Shown here: in pieces, positions 50,271 to 61,659 of the stretch
How the letters are laid out: each line of letters starts with the position of its first letter
Numbering within the stretch: the first letter of the stretch is position 1
Source: a virus
Virus record (IMG/VR): IMGVR_UViG_3300044646_002092
Span: 1-64,000 of that record
Length of the DNA stretch: 64,000 bases
Reading direction: 5' to 3' (one strand)
Notes under the pieces: generated by a model
The model's input: the letters and a program-made list of their open reading frames with translations, nothing else
Told to the model about the DNA's origin: nothing
The model's database searches: none
Position numbers and translations under genes: made by a program

Positions 50271-52391
50271 ATGCAAGTACTTGAATTTGGCTCTGACACA
50301 GACCAGCAATACATTTCAATTGTAAAACCAAAACTCCTCACCCAAAATTTTCTTTCCAAATACATCGATAAACAGCCTCCTTTTGGTCAACTTGGCTTGA
50401 TTGTATACCTGCGAACTTATTCTCGATTCATTCCCCAATTGAAACGCCGAGAAAAATGGTGGGAAACCTGTCTTCGTGTTGTCGAGTATTCTTTCTCTCT
50501 TCTACCTGATAAACCCCGTAAACCCTCTTACTTTACCCAAGATAAGCAGAAAGAGGAAGCTGAAGCTCTATTCGATACTCTATTCAATTTGCGTGGATTT
50601 ACGTCTGGTAGAACTCTTTTTGTAGGTGGTTCTGAAGCCTCAAGACTATACCCTTCTAGCAATTTCAATTGCAGCTACACGAATGTAGATAGTCTCAAAA
50701 GCTTTGCAGACGCGATGTATTTACTTCTTCTTGGGTGTGGCGTTGGTTACAGCGTGGAATCAACGCACGTATCTAAACTCCCTAAATTTAACCCAAACAT
50801 TAAAGTCTCGTTCAAACCTTACGAACCAAAAGAAAAAAATTCCCGTAAGCAAGAGACAGACGTAACTGGATACACAATTACTGTTGGAGATTCCAAAGAA
50901 GGTTGGGTTAGTGCTTTAGTTTATTTCTTGGATTTACATTCTAGTTCATCCACGCAACATATCACTCTAAATTTTGACAGTGTAAGACCAGAGGGTGAGC
51001 GATTAAAAACTTTTGGTGGTCGCGCTTCTGGCTACATTCCTCTTCAGACTATGTTTGAGGAAATTCATGACCGTATCATTTCCACTGATAATGGTGTAAT
51101 TGATTCTGTGGCTGCAATGGACATTATGAACTCTATTGCCAAAGCGATTGTAGTTGGGGGAGTACGCCGCAGTTCTCAGATTGCATTTGGGGATGTCGAT
51201 GATACTAACTTCCGCGATGCCAAGAAAGATTTGTGGTCGAATCCAGAAAAAGCCAAGTACAGCACGACTAGAGTTCTATCAAACAACTCGGTACATCTTT
51301 GGGAAAAGCCTAGTTACGATAGACTTAAAGAACTTTTCGAGACTATCAAGAATAATGGCGAACCTGCACTTTCTATTGCTGGTAACGCATCTCTAAGACG
51401 CGAAAACTATTTTGGCAGTAACCCTTGCCATGAGATTCTGCTAGACAATTTAGGTGTTTGTAATCTAACGACACAAAACTTGCTTAGTTTTGTAGACGAG
51501 TTTGGAAATTTTCTATTCGATGCTGCAATTAAGGCTATCAAGTTACTTACAAGAGTTGGTTCCCGTATCACTCTTGTAGATATGTGGGACAAAGATTGGG
51601 ATTACATTCAAAAGCGTGACCGACTTCTTGGTGTGAGTCTTACAGGTATTGTAGAGGCATATAACGCCCTTAACGACACTGAAAAGCTGAATTGGGAGTA
51701 TTACATCACAGAACTCCACAAAGCCGCTAGAACCGAAGCAGACCTCTACCACGACGCTCTTGGAATCCCCCGCAGCTATCTAGTGACGACACTCAAGCCT
51801 GAAGGGACATTATCACAACTACCAACAGTCTCCTCTGGTGTCCATGCACCGTATGCCCCTTACTATACTCGTAGAATCCGTATTAGTAAGCGCGACCCTA
51901 TTGCTAACGCTCTTTTAGATTTAGGTCTTGTACCTGTACCTGAGAATGGTCAAGGAAACGATATTCATGCAGACGAGTGTAATACTTGGGTATTCTCTTT
52001 TTCTGTTAAGACGAAGGCACAAATCAGGTCAATCGATGAATCTGCAATTGAGCAACTTGAGCGTTATAAGTTCTTCATGAAAAATTGGGCTGAACATACT
52101 GTTTCCGTTACCATCACAGTTGCAGAAAATGAATGGGATGGGGTTGTTGACTGGGTTTGGCAAAATTGGGAATATTGTATTGGCATTGCTTTCTTACCTA
52201 GATTTGACCCAGCCGAACTTGATTCCCCTTACCCAAATATGCCTTACGAGTCTTCAACCGAAGCAGATTACCGACCACTTGAAATATCCGAATCGCAATT
52301 AGTCTCTCTCATTTCTAAGTATGAAACTGAGTACGAAGAATATGAACTAGATGCGTCTTGCGGAGGATTAACAGCTTGCCCCGTTCGTTGA
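50271..52391 (+). CDS. nrdJ: Class II (adenosylcobalamin-dependent) monomeric ribonucleotide reductase
   Basis: NFNCS, GGVRRSSQI, GSNPCHEI...CNLT, TLKPEGTLSQL and C-terminal Cys pair SCGGLTAC; no small-subunit gene nearby. Confidence 0.9.
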   Translation: MQVLEFGSDTDQQYISIVKPKLLTQNFLSKYIDKQPPFGQLGLIVYLRTYSRFIPQLKRREKWWETCLRVVEYSFSLLPDKPRKPSYFTQDKQKEEAEALFDTLFNLRGFTSGRTLFVGGSEASRLYPSSNFNCSYTNVDSLKSFADAMYLLLLGCGVGYSVESTHVSKLPKFNPNIKVSFKPYEPKEKNSRKQETDVTGYTITVGDSKEGWVSALVYFLDLHSSSSTQHITLNFDSVRPEGERLKTFGGRASGYIPLQTMFEEIHDRIISTDNGVIDSVAAMDIMNSIAKAIVVGGVRRSSQIAFGDVDDTNFRDAKKDLWSNPEKAKYSTTRVLSNNSVHLWEKPSYDRLKELFETIKNNGEPALSIAGNASLRRENYFGSNPCHEILLDNLGVCNLTTQNLLSFVDEFGNFLFDAAIKAIKLLTRVGSRITLVDMWDKDWDYIQKRDRLLGVSLTGIVEAYNALNDTEKLNWEYYITELHKAARTEADLYHDALGIPRSYLVTTLKPEGTLSQLPTVSSGVHAPYAPYYTRRIRISKRDPIANALLDLGLVPVPENGQGNDIHADECNTWVFSFSVKTKAQIRSIDESAIEQLERYKFFMKNWAEHTVSVTITVAENEWDGVVDWVWQNWEYCIGIAFLPRFDPAELDSPYPNMPYESSTEADYRPLEISESQLVSLISKYETEYEEYELDASCGGLTACPVR

Positions 52392-52422
52392 TACAATACA
52401 CACAACAACTGAGAAAGACATC

Positions 52423-53013
52423 ATGACTATAAGACTCACCGCTAAAACTTTTGGTAGGGGGTCTTTAGGATACACACAGGCTCATCAAAACAATGGTAAG
52501 CCTGTATTTGTCCGAAAAGACCACATCTCTTGCACAACTTATGCACATATCGACCTTGTTAATGCAGCTATCGGTAAAGTAAAATCTACTCTCACCGAGA
52601 CTAGCAAGACATGGAAGACGCTCGATAAATTGCAAGATGCTATGTTCAATATAGGCTCAATGATTTTCGATACTAAGTATGCCACTTATGAAGTAAATCT
52701 AAAGAATCTCATCTCCCGCATGGAGTCCAGAACTAGTGCTGTAAATACGACCCTAGAAGCGACTGAATTTGTTAAGTATGGACTAGACCCTATTCATGCT
52801 GATTGGGGTACGTTAACTACTCAAACAAGACTTGCAGAGACTGTTTTTGTATCTTGGGTTCATACAAGCACTTTGGACGAAGAAACACTGACTCAGTATC
52901 AGTATGTTTTAGATTTACTCAATACAATGTCTAAGTGGACTTTTGCGGAGAGTAGAGCTTATGCAGCTTCAAAGCAACTCAAAGAAAAAACTTGGGAAAG
53001 TAAAACCGAATGA
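52423..53013 (+). CDS. PduO-type cob(I)alamin adenosyltransferase-like protein (divergent)
   Basis: Colinear with PduO motifs: VRKD...YAHIDLVNAAIG, LQDAMFNIG, TQTRLAE, LLNTMSKWTFAESR...W. The TGDxG motif is degenerate. Confidence 0.65.
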   Translation: MTIRLTAKTFGRGSLGYTQAHQNNGKPVFVRKDHISCTTYAHIDLVNAAIGKVKSTLTETSKTWKTLDKLQDAMFNIGSMIFDTKYATYEVNLKNLISRMESRTSAVNTTLEATEFVKYGLDPIHADWGTLTTQTRLAETVFVSWVHTSTLDEETLTQYQYVLDLLNTMSKWTFAESRAYAASKQLKEKTWESKTE

Positions 53014-53431
53014 GATTCTTCAACTACCGCTTCCATCAACGAGATGGTATTTCCAAAGCTAACTGGCATCCTCGCGCAATGAACAATTGGCGCAAACAAG
53101 GGCTTCCATTTATCGATTTTGGTACTCGCGTTGATTTTGGGCAGCATCATCCAGAATGCCCTCCCAACTACAGCCAAGTGCGACTTCGGGTTGGAAACTG
53201 GCGGCTAACGCTTCATTTTAATTTTGTAAACTGCGAATACGATACATGGGGCTAATATGTGGCAAACACTAAAAGATTTTCAAGACCAAATCGACAAGTA
53301 CTACAAGATTAATGGGGAATACCCCAGAGAACTCCGACTGTCACTAAGAGTCCCTAGACCTAAAGGATTCCGCGCTTACTGTAATCGAATGAAAATCAAG
53401 GTAAACTATAGTCAATACCCTAGAAGATAAC

Positions 53432-53905
53432 ATGATTGACCCAACTCAAGATGGTAAAACTCACATCAGGATTGATTCTAAGGCAGCAACTTTTATTGGC
53501 AAATTTCTCGCGCCTCGTACTCTTTGCGAATTAAATATGCCTGAAGGCAGATTCCTATGCGTAGCCGCTTACCAGTATCATCTAACTTGCAAAGAAGACA
53601 GCCGCCTTAACCGTGTTCATGATTGGGAAACTGAACTTCTTGCTACTCAACTTCAATCACTTCCTCGAAAAGAGCAATTACCAGCCGCCGAACTTCAAGC
53701 GAAGCTGAAAAAAGCGCTCGACCAAAAAATCAAGTGGAGCGAATATTGGATGGAAGAGTTCACTGAATCAGAACTTCCTTTTCTGTACTATCATCTTGAT
53801 GCTGAAGGTAATGTGGTTGATGAAAGTAGGAAATATCGTTGGTTGCTGAATCACTTAGAAGCAAGACGAAAACTATTACAACAGAGAAGAGACAACGCCG
53901 CATGA
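53432..53905 (+). CDS. NADAR/YbiA-like phage protein (divergent)
   Basis: DGKTHIRIDSKAATFIGKFL...EGRFLCV resembles the DGITHINIYSKG..LG..LSNF large-phage family. Confidence 0.5.
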   Translation: MIDPTQDGKTHIRIDSKAATFIGKFLAPRTLCELNMPEGRFLCVAAYQYHLTCKEDSRLNRVHDWETELLATQLQSLPRKEQLPAAELQAKLKKALDQKIKWSEYWMEEFTESELPFLYYHLDAEGNVVDESRKYRWLLNHLEARRKLLQQRRDNAA

Positions 53906-54184
53906 ATCCATTACTCACCGAACAAGAGTGCCTAGATTTTATAAAAGTTTACTTATGTCAAGCAGTTACAAAATATTATTTTGAGTTAGGTTGGTATCCC
54001 CCTGAAGGTGCTGCTTTACCTGAGAGCTACGCAAGCCTTAATTTTGCTTTAAGGGATGATAGTGTGAAAATACTAGAGTCTGGTTGCTGCATGAAAGAAG
54101 CCCTCAACAATCTAGTAACTTATCTCAAGCACCCGTCAAACCAACATTATAAAACTACTGACTTCACATTACCTGAATATAACC

Positions 54185-55072
54185 ATGACTAACTACACTT
54201 CCGCCGACCTTACATACGCTTTTCTATTGCAAGACATTCTGCGCTTCAACAATGTAGTAGAGACACGTAACCATTCGTGTTACTGCAATCCATTTCTTGA
54301 TACCGTTACCTTTAACTCTCTACCTCTAATTACCGTTCGCAAGACAGCTTGGAAGCTTGCTCTAACTGAGATGGAGTGGTTTATGTCGGGGTATAGAGAA
54401 TGCCCCGAAAAATTATCTAAGTGGTGGGCTGGACAACTTAATCATGATGGAGAGTACGTGGACGGATACTCACAGCAGTTTCGAGAGTCCAGTTACTTCA
54501 ATAGAAAAGAAGATGATTTAGGAGGCTTCGACCAAATTGCTTACATTCTTGATGGTCTGAAAAATCACCAGCACTCTCGCCGTTTAGTTATGACATCTTG
54601 GAATACAGGTGAGATGGCTAACATCACGAAGACCAACAACAATCCTCAAACGCCTTCGACCTGCCATAGCACACTAATTCAGTTCTTTGTGGTTAATGGC
54701 GAACTGCACGTAAAACACTATCAAAGGTCTGCGGATACCTTACTTGGCGTTCCTTGCAATTGGGTTCAGCACTGGGCTTTGCTGACTTACTTCGCTTTCC
54801 ACAGCAATCTAAAAGTTGGCTCACTTACTTGGGTATTTGGTGATGCTCATATCTACAATGAAGAATCTCACATCGAAGCTGCTAATCAGATTATTAAAGT
54901 TCTTATGAATAGAAATAATTCTGGATTTGTCGAGCCTATAGAACTTAACCTCGCCTATAATTACTCTGGTGAACTTGACTCATTTGGTACACCTCGCTTT
55001 GCTGCTGCTGACTTCACTATCGAAGGTGAAATTCCTAAACCAACTGTATTGGCTAAACCTAAATTGTTGTAA
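54185..55072 (+). CDS. thyA: Thymidylate synthase ThyA
   Basis: SRRLVMTSWN, catalytic TCH, YQRSAD, GVPCN (dUMP-specifying Asn) and GDAHIY. Confidence 0.9.
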   Translation: MTNYTSADLTYAFLLQDILRFNNVVETRNHSCYCNPFLDTVTFNSLPLITVRKTAWKLALTEMEWFMSGYRECPEKLSKWWAGQLNHDGEYVDGYSQQFRESSYFNRKEDDLGGFDQIAYILDGLKNHQHSRRLVMTSWNTGEMANITKTNNNPQTPSTCHSTLIQFFVVNGELHVKHYQRSADTLLGVPCNWVQHWALLTYFAFHSNLKVGSLTWVFGDAHIYNEESHIEAANQIIKVLMNRNNSGFVEPIELNLAYNYSGELDSFGTPRFAAADFTIEGEIPKPTVLAKPKLL

Positions 55073-55102
55073 TTTACTCCTTTAGATAGATACAATCAAT
55101 AG

Positions 55103-55147
55103 TTACATGATGTTAACTTTAAGACAGTAAACATCATGTAATTTTTT
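55103..55147 (+). terminator. Probable terminator after thyA
   Basis: 12 bp perfect inverted repeat TTACATGATGTT / AACATCATGTAA followed by TTTTTT. Confidence 0.55.
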
Positions 55148-56242
55148 CATGTTAACTTTTTTAATAGCTACATTTGGTACTGCTTTTATATGTTGGCTAA
55201 TTTCATTAGCTTGTGGCACTGAAGGAAATGGTAAGTCTTAATGGTAAAACATGACATTCGCCTCAGAACCGCCAATATTATTCGTCAACTAGATTATCCA
55301 CAAATCCGCCTAAAACGCCTAGACATCGATAAGGTACGCAATTGGTGTTACGTCAATATTCCTAAAGCAGTTTCTAGATTTAAAGATAATCGTTTCGACT
55401 TAAACGAAGCAACAACTTGGGAAGAGCTTTGCGCTTATAATACCATCTTACAAATCTATGGTCGTAAAGTGGCTGTGTACTTCACTTTTGGATGGCTTGA
55501 TTATCAGGGGGTAAAAGAGTTCATAGCTTCGCGTAAGGGGGCAAAGTTTCGTCAAGAGTTTGGGCTTGACCATCACAGTGCAATCTTACTATCTCCTCAA
55601 ACTTTCTTTTCTGCCGAGTCGTTAGATGAATTTTGGGTGAGTTTTGACTTAAAAGGGGGTAAAGGGTATAACTTTCTAGACTATTCACATTATAATGACG
55701 ATGAAGATATGGATTCATCTCAATATGATTGGCTCAATGAAGCCCTAGCTGAACAAGAGAATGAAAAAATAAAGAATCCTTACGAGGATTTGAATCGCCG
55801 TACTAGTACCAAGACTAAACAGAAAAAAAATGTCTCTATTACCAACTAAAAAATACGCCCGAATCCCGCAGCATCAGCCTGAACTTGTTGCAGTCAAAAA
55901 AGAACCTCCGACACTCGTTGAAGTGCTTGAAAATGAAGGGTATGACCTTCAACATGAACTCAATCAAATTGAGGAAGCTAAGAGCCGAGAACGTGACCTG
56001 AGATTGCGGCTTAACGTAGTCCAACAATCACTACAAGCATTTCGTGCCTTGGAAGCTGCGCCCGAACCTGTACAAGAACAATCCGCACCTGCGCCTATCG
56101 TCAAAAATGTTCGGAAAGCCGCCACTAGAAAGACGGCAAGACCTACCCAAAGTAGTGTTGCACCAGAGCCAACTGTGAGCGATACTGAAAATATTGAACT
56201 TGTACACGATGATTTTTCAACTTTTCCTGACTAATAACTAAT

Positions 56243-56734
56243 ATGACCAACAATAGTTTTTATTTTTCTGACCTGATTGGTATTCCAGTAACCGCAGCAT
56301 ATTCAAAAGCAGCTAGAGACAAAGAACTGAAGCAATTATCCGATGCTTTGTATTCTGCACTGACTTCCTCCCCCCCTAAAAAAGAGAAGTTTCTCGAACC
56401 TGTAACTATTTTCCATAACGACGCAAGGTTAACCAGAGTGAAGCCTGAAAATTCTCAGTATTACGAAGATGCTAAAGAGTTTTATGTTTCTCTCGGCATT
56501 TTCGACCTCGACCCCAGTTCTGCTGTTGTCACTGTCACCAAAGACAACAAACTTGAACTAACTTGGACTGAACGTGCAGGCAAAGGGAAATTCTTTAGTA
56601 AAATTCCTAGCTATCTAGTTGCTACTTCAGCGCCTGTATTGAGTTATGAAGGCGGTGTTCTCGATATTCGAGTCAATGTGAAGTCCCGAAGCGAAAATGA
56701 TGTGGTATTTGTCGGTAAGCTTGAATCGAAGTAG
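56243..56734 (+). CDS. Small heat-shock (Hsp20/alpha-crystallin-like) protein
   Basis: VVTVTKDNKLEL...LSYEGGVLDIRV resembles the alpha-crystallin core. Confidence 0.55.
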   Translation: MTNNSFYFSDLIGIPVTAAYSKAARDKELKQLSDALYSALTSSPPKKEKFLEPVTIFHNDARLTRVKPENSQYYEDAKEFYVSLGIFDLDPSSAVVTVTKDNKLELTWTERAGKGKFFSKIPSYLVATSAPVLSYEGGVLDIRVNVKSRSENDVVFVGKLESK

Positions 56735-56795
56735 TAAAGAGTTACGAAAACTAATTCTCCCTATCTTTATTGAAAGGGTAAAGCAACAAATTTAT

Positions 56796-56824
56796 AGGGG
56801 ACGCTGCGGTGTCCCTTTTCTTTT
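56796..56824 (+). terminator. Intrinsic terminator
   Basis: GGGAC-loop-GTCCC followed by TTTTCTTTT. Confidence 0.75.
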
Positions 56825-56959
56825 ACTAAGGAGTAACCATGTTCAATTTTGACCAACTCTACAAATTGATGCTTGAGTATCTACTAATAGTAGTATTGAC
56901 TATTCTTGGTCTTCAAGTTACACTTCTGTTTGTTAAAACTATTTGGGATTTATACAATT

Positions 56960-59147
56960 ATGGCTGACCCTCGCCGTTACAGTATCTCAATCATCGAAAA
57001 CTTTTCAGACAAATCACTACACGAAATTGCACTTGTCGTTACTGAATCTGTATTTTACATTAAACCAGACGAATTTATTTTAGGGCAAACTAAGGAACTT
57101 ACACTTGGCACTGAATTTTTATATACCGAAGAGCCTATTACTTGGCGCGAAGCAGAAAAAGAACTTGCGCCAGCTTTTCGAGATTTTCCTGATGCTTGCT
57201 TCTGTGTTTTTGTCAGTGATGGTGAAGATGGCGGTCAATATCGTACATTGTTCTTCAACGGTAAGGCAGTGACGCAGTACCCTGAAATTCGTTATCCAGA
57301 GTTTCGCTTGAATGAGTTTGAATACGAGACTTCGAGCAAGAAGAGTTTGTTTAGAGATATTATTTTGGAGAGCGTACAGGATGCTTAAATCGATGCCTCA
57401 AGGCGCTAACATTCTCGACGTTGACTTAACTAAGCCTGAGAACTGCATCTTTGTACCTGTGAACTGTGTAGGGGTGATGGGTAAAGGTTTGGCGCTCGAC
57501 TTCAAGAAAAAATATCCCGATTTAGTTTGGCAATACAACAATCTTTGTGAAAAGAATTATCTTAGAGTGGGTTTCCCTGAGTTTATTTCTTTTGATGGCT
57601 CATTTTTAAATATTGTCCTTTTCCCAACTAAAAAACATTGGAAGGACTTATCTCAACTTCATTGGATTAAGCAGGGATTAATAGAATTAGCTACAAGCCC
57701 TAACTTAGACTTTCAGCATTGGCGCAAACAAACTCGCAACCTACATATACCTAAACTTGGTTGTGGTCTTGGTGGTCTTAATTGGGCTGATGTACGCCCT
57801 TTGATTGAACAGTTTGCAGAAATGATGCCTGAACATGAGGTGTATTTATATGAATAGAATATGTTAGGAAGTTTACCAACTGAACCAGAAGAAGTTAAGT
57901 TAGCCATCATTGATGATGAACTTAATAAACTTTATATTGATACTCAACATCTATTACAGAAATACAGTTCTCTTGTTTCTGAAAATACCCCACTCCTAAT
58001 CAACCAAATTAAAAAAGCTCTCAAAGATTTAGACTTTATTTTTGAAAATCTGAGTCTCGAAAGTGAGGATTGGAAAGTAAGTTCCTGTAAGCGGGAGTAC
58101 AAATACTGGTACAAACAATTTACACATTTCGATGAGCTACTTATTCCCGAAGTTATTGAAAAATATCTTGAAGAGGAGTTGGAAAAAGAAAGGCAAAGAG
58201 AATTAGAACGTGAAAAACGTTACCAACTACAAAAAGAAGAGGTTGAAAAAGCAAAATTAAATAATAGATGGATTGACGAAATGCGCCGTACCCACTACAA
58301 TACTTTTTAGTAATACTTAAGGAGCAAAAAGATGTCACGCACCAAGAAGCACAGAGACTTGTTTTTTCTTCAGTTTCTTCACAAACTTATCAAGTCCATC
58401 GGTAGCCCTTTTACCCATCCTCGCGCATCTCGTTGGGCTAAAGTACGTAGCAGAGTCAGCAGACAGTATGGAGGCTCTAACTGGGGCGATAATCAGCGTG
58501 TAGATACCAAATACAACTTCACACCCAAACATCGTGCAATGAAGCGTGCAGCCCGTCGAGAAGCTTTGGAGCAAGCACAGCAACAACTTGAAGAATACGA
58601 ATATGGAGACTAACCTGCGTTGGCAAGATAATGGACAATTTTCTTACGCTTGGTTCGGTATTACTAAGCTCAGCGTCGAGTATGAAGGGTCTATGCATCC
58701 AAGAGGCTCAGATTTACCTACTGGCTACCGAGTAAGCGTAGAAGGTTACAAAAAACGCGAACTCAAGCATCTTTTCTCTAAGCGAGACAATGCAAAAATT
58801 GCTGCTGAACGTCTACTCTGGAAAATTGTAAACGAAATGCACCAAGACCTATCTCAATATTCTTGGGATACGCACAACAAAGAAGAAGTTAAATGGGTGG
58901 TGAGATGATTAAATTACCGCCAAGGTTCAAAATTTTCCACAATGTTAGCGAGGACTATTACTTCATCAAAGAACGATTCTGTTTCTTTTGGTATATGACA
59001 GAAAGGGATATTATTGCTTACGATGGTTCTACAGTAATAACTCGTTACGAGAGTGTTGAAGCTGCCGAAACTGTAATCGACCAATGGCTCCGTAATAAAA
59101 AACAATCCAAAACACCTGATGAAATCAAACTGGTAAAAGAACTATGA
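56960..59147 (+). other. Hypothetical CDSs 56960..57388, 57861..58310, 58332..58613, ~58603..58908, ~58905..59147
   Basis: Packed co-oriented ORFs. Confidence 0.6.
57381..57857 (+). CDS. Macrodomain ADP-ribosylglycohydrolase (DarG/Poa1p-like)
   Basis: PVNCVGVMGKGLA..FKKKYP, LFPTKKHW, IPKLGCGLGGLNW. Confidence 0.9.
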   Translation: MLKSMPQGANILDVDLTKPENCIFVPVNCVGVMGKGLALDFKKKYPDLVWQYNNLCEKNYLRVGFPEFISFDGSFLNIVLFPTKKHWKDLSQLHWIKQGLIELATSPNLDFQHWRKQTRNLHIPKLGCGLGGLNWADVRPLIEQFAEMMPEHEVYLYE

Positions 59148-60274
59148 CCAACGCAGTCGAAATCGTAACAATCTCTCGCATCATCCCTATCTATAAAAAT
59201 GGCGAAGAAGCCTCATCAATCCAAGTCGTTAACTTCAATTTTGCCAATGGCGATGAATGTGGTTATAACGTTGTCTCACAAAAAGGCATCTATCAAGTAG
59301 GCTAAAAGGCTGTATACATCCAACCTGACTACTGCTTACCTGATTCTTCTTTGTTCACAAGCTTCACAGCCCCAAACGGCGACCCCAACAAATCCAGACT
59401 TGGACGCAACAATCGCATTCGGGCGCTCAAGTTCAATTTCAGCTTTGAGAATAGTAGCGACCCAATCTATTCCGTCGGCATCTTACTGAATACAAACGAG
59501 CTGCCTATCGAGTTACTTGCGGCTGAAGACCTCGCAGCAGCTTTGGGCATCACTAAGTACGAAGAACCAGAGAAAGGCGCTACAGGTCAAACCAGAGGCA
59601 CACTGCCTTCTTTTTTGTACTCTACTGATGAAGAAAATTGTGCGAATCTCAAATCCCACATCAATCGTGTTCTTGAAAGTGGGGCAGAAGTTGCTTACAC
59701 TATTAAAGTTGACGGAAGCTCATTCACTGAGTATTTCAAGAAAGATGCTGAAGGCAATTGGTACACAGGTATTTGCTCTCGCTCGTTAGAGAAGAAAATT
59801 ACTGATGACACTGCTGATAGTTGGGTCAAACTGGCTAAGTCTTCTGGATTGTACGAGCGTGGCATGGAATATTGCAAGAAGCACAACGTCGAGTTGGCGT
59901 TTCGGGGAGAAATCTATGGTCAGGGCTTGAAAGGTAGCGGCAATAAGCTGAATCCAGATGCTAATAAGAAGCAAGGACTAATTCTTTTCGGTATCGATAA
60001 CTTATCAAGTGGTTTTGCTACTCGAATCCATTATGGTCAGCCTCACAATCTTGAACTTGTTTGCGACGAACTGCAACTCCAATATACTCCTTTAGTAAGG
60101 TTTTTCTCCCAATTTCGCCCCAAAAATTACGACGAACTAATCTCGTTTGCTTCTGATGTTTTTAAAAGAGAAAAAGAAGCTGGTCGAGTCGTTGAGGGTA
60201 TTGTCGTTCGCACACTTTACTCAAACGATTTGTCGGTCAAGGTCATGAACCCATACTACGACAGCAAAAAATAA
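59144..60274 (+). pseudogene. ATP-dependent RNA ligase (Rnl2/DRB0094-like) with an in-frame TAA at 59303-59305
   Basis: One frame from ATG 59144: ...KGIYQVG*KAVYIQPD... then TIKVDGSS, FRGEIYG, EGIV and VKVMN ligase motifs. Confidence 0.8.
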
Positions 60275-60347
60275 TACTAGATGTACTTCGCTAGGTAGAG
60301 GACAAAAAACTATACTTTTGCATATAATAAAGAAATGAACCCTGAGT

Positions 60348-60545
60348 TTCACTAACCCTACTTTTTAAAATAGGGATTAACCTAATCAGTTAGGTTAACG
60401 TAAGAAGCGAATAGCTCATTGAGACTTGATTTGGTACAGACTTCCGAATGCTTCTCTAGTTCGGATTATCTCTAAACCTGATTGTTCAGGTGTTGGGTAA
60501 AGCCAAGACATCTTAATCAAGTTGAGCGAGGAGACTTAAACAATT
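60348..60545 (+). ncRNA. omegaRNA scaffold of IsrB element 2
   Basis: TTCACTAACCCTA..TAGGG hairpin start; blocks shared with 27822-28000; TATAAT at 60323-60328 upstream. Confidence 0.75.
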
Positions 60546-60561
60546 TTGGGTTATACCAACA

Positions 60562-61659
60562 ATGCGTATTCCAGTAGTAGATACAAATCATCAACCCTTA
60601 ATGCCTACTACACCCGCGAGAGCTAGAAAGTGGATTGAATCTGGCAAAGCGGTAAAACGTTGGTCAGATTGTGGTCAGTTCTACGTTCAGCTACAAGTAG
60701 AGCCATCTGGAAAAGAAAAGCAAGCTATTGTCATCGGGCTTGATTCAGGCAAGAAATATTCAGGTATAGGTGTGCAATCTGCAAAATTCACTTTATACTC
60801 AACCCATTTAAAATTACCATTTCAGATGGTGAGGAATCGGATGGAACTAAGAGGGTTATTGCGAAGAAGTCGTCGGGGTCGCAGAATTAATCGCAAGGTA
60901 AAGTTCTCAAAACGCGCTCATAGACAATTAAGGTTCTCGAACCGCAGGAAAACTAAACTAGCCCCGTCAATCCGTTCTAATCGGCAACTAGAACTTCGTA
61001 TTATATCCGAATTGTGTAAGATTTTTCCAATCAGCGCAATTAGATATGAATATGTAAAAGCAGACATAGATTTAACTAGTGGACGCAAAAAAGCAAGGTC
61101 AGGTAAAAGTTTTTCTCCTGTTATGGTCGGTCAGAAATGGTTGATTGAACAGTTAAATAAATTCGCCACCACTACCACTATTTTTGGCTATCAAACATCC
61201 CTAGTACGTTCTCACCTCGGTTTGGTAAAAAATAAAAATGATAAATCAAAACCTTGCTTTGAGACACACGCTGTTGATGGAGTAGCTATTGCTTGCTCCC
61301 ATTTTGTAGAGTATAAAAAATACCATAAACAAGGAGAGGATGGAGCAGATTGGGTTGGTGCAGTCAGTGTTACTAAAGCTTCTTTTTTTGTAATTCGCAG
61401 ACCATCTTTTTCTCGTCGCCAATTACATTTGATAATACCAATTAAAGGTGGTGTTAGGCATAAATATGGAGGCTCTACTACCCGACACGGTTTCCGTAAG
61501 GGAGATTTAGTAAGCTCCCCTAAAGGTATTGGCTATATTAGTGGCGATACTGTAAAAGCCGTATCTGTTAGCGATTTCAACTGGAAAAGATTAGGGCAAA
61601 TAGCCCCCAGTAAAATTAGATTGATACACCGTTCAAATGGGTTAGTTGTTACTTCCTAA
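60562..61659 (+). mobile_element. isrB: IsrB OMEGA element 2
   Basis: QPLMPT, GLDSG, RRSRRGRR bridge helix, YEYV, THAVDG; no HNH; 365 aa. Confidence 0.8.

Larger units (their letters stand above)
53010..56234 (+). other. Hypothetical CDSs 53010..53255, ~53902..54192, 55241..55849, 55830..56234
   Basis: Co-oriented ORFs interspersed with the named genes. Confidence 0.6.

Noticed and set aside
54185-55072. dCMP hydroxymethylase / modified-base pathway
   Set aside because: The GVPCN Asn specifies dUMP, and no glycosyltransferase or other base-modification genes were seen in the window.
55103-55156. Operator array upstream of 55241
   Set aside because: The 12 bp inverted repeat followed by a T6 tract right after the thyA stop is more simply a terminator.
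59303-59305. Genome-wide stop-codon reassignment
   Set aside because: Most genes end cleanly at TAA/TAG/TGA with tight coupling to the next gene; only this one in-frame interruption was found.
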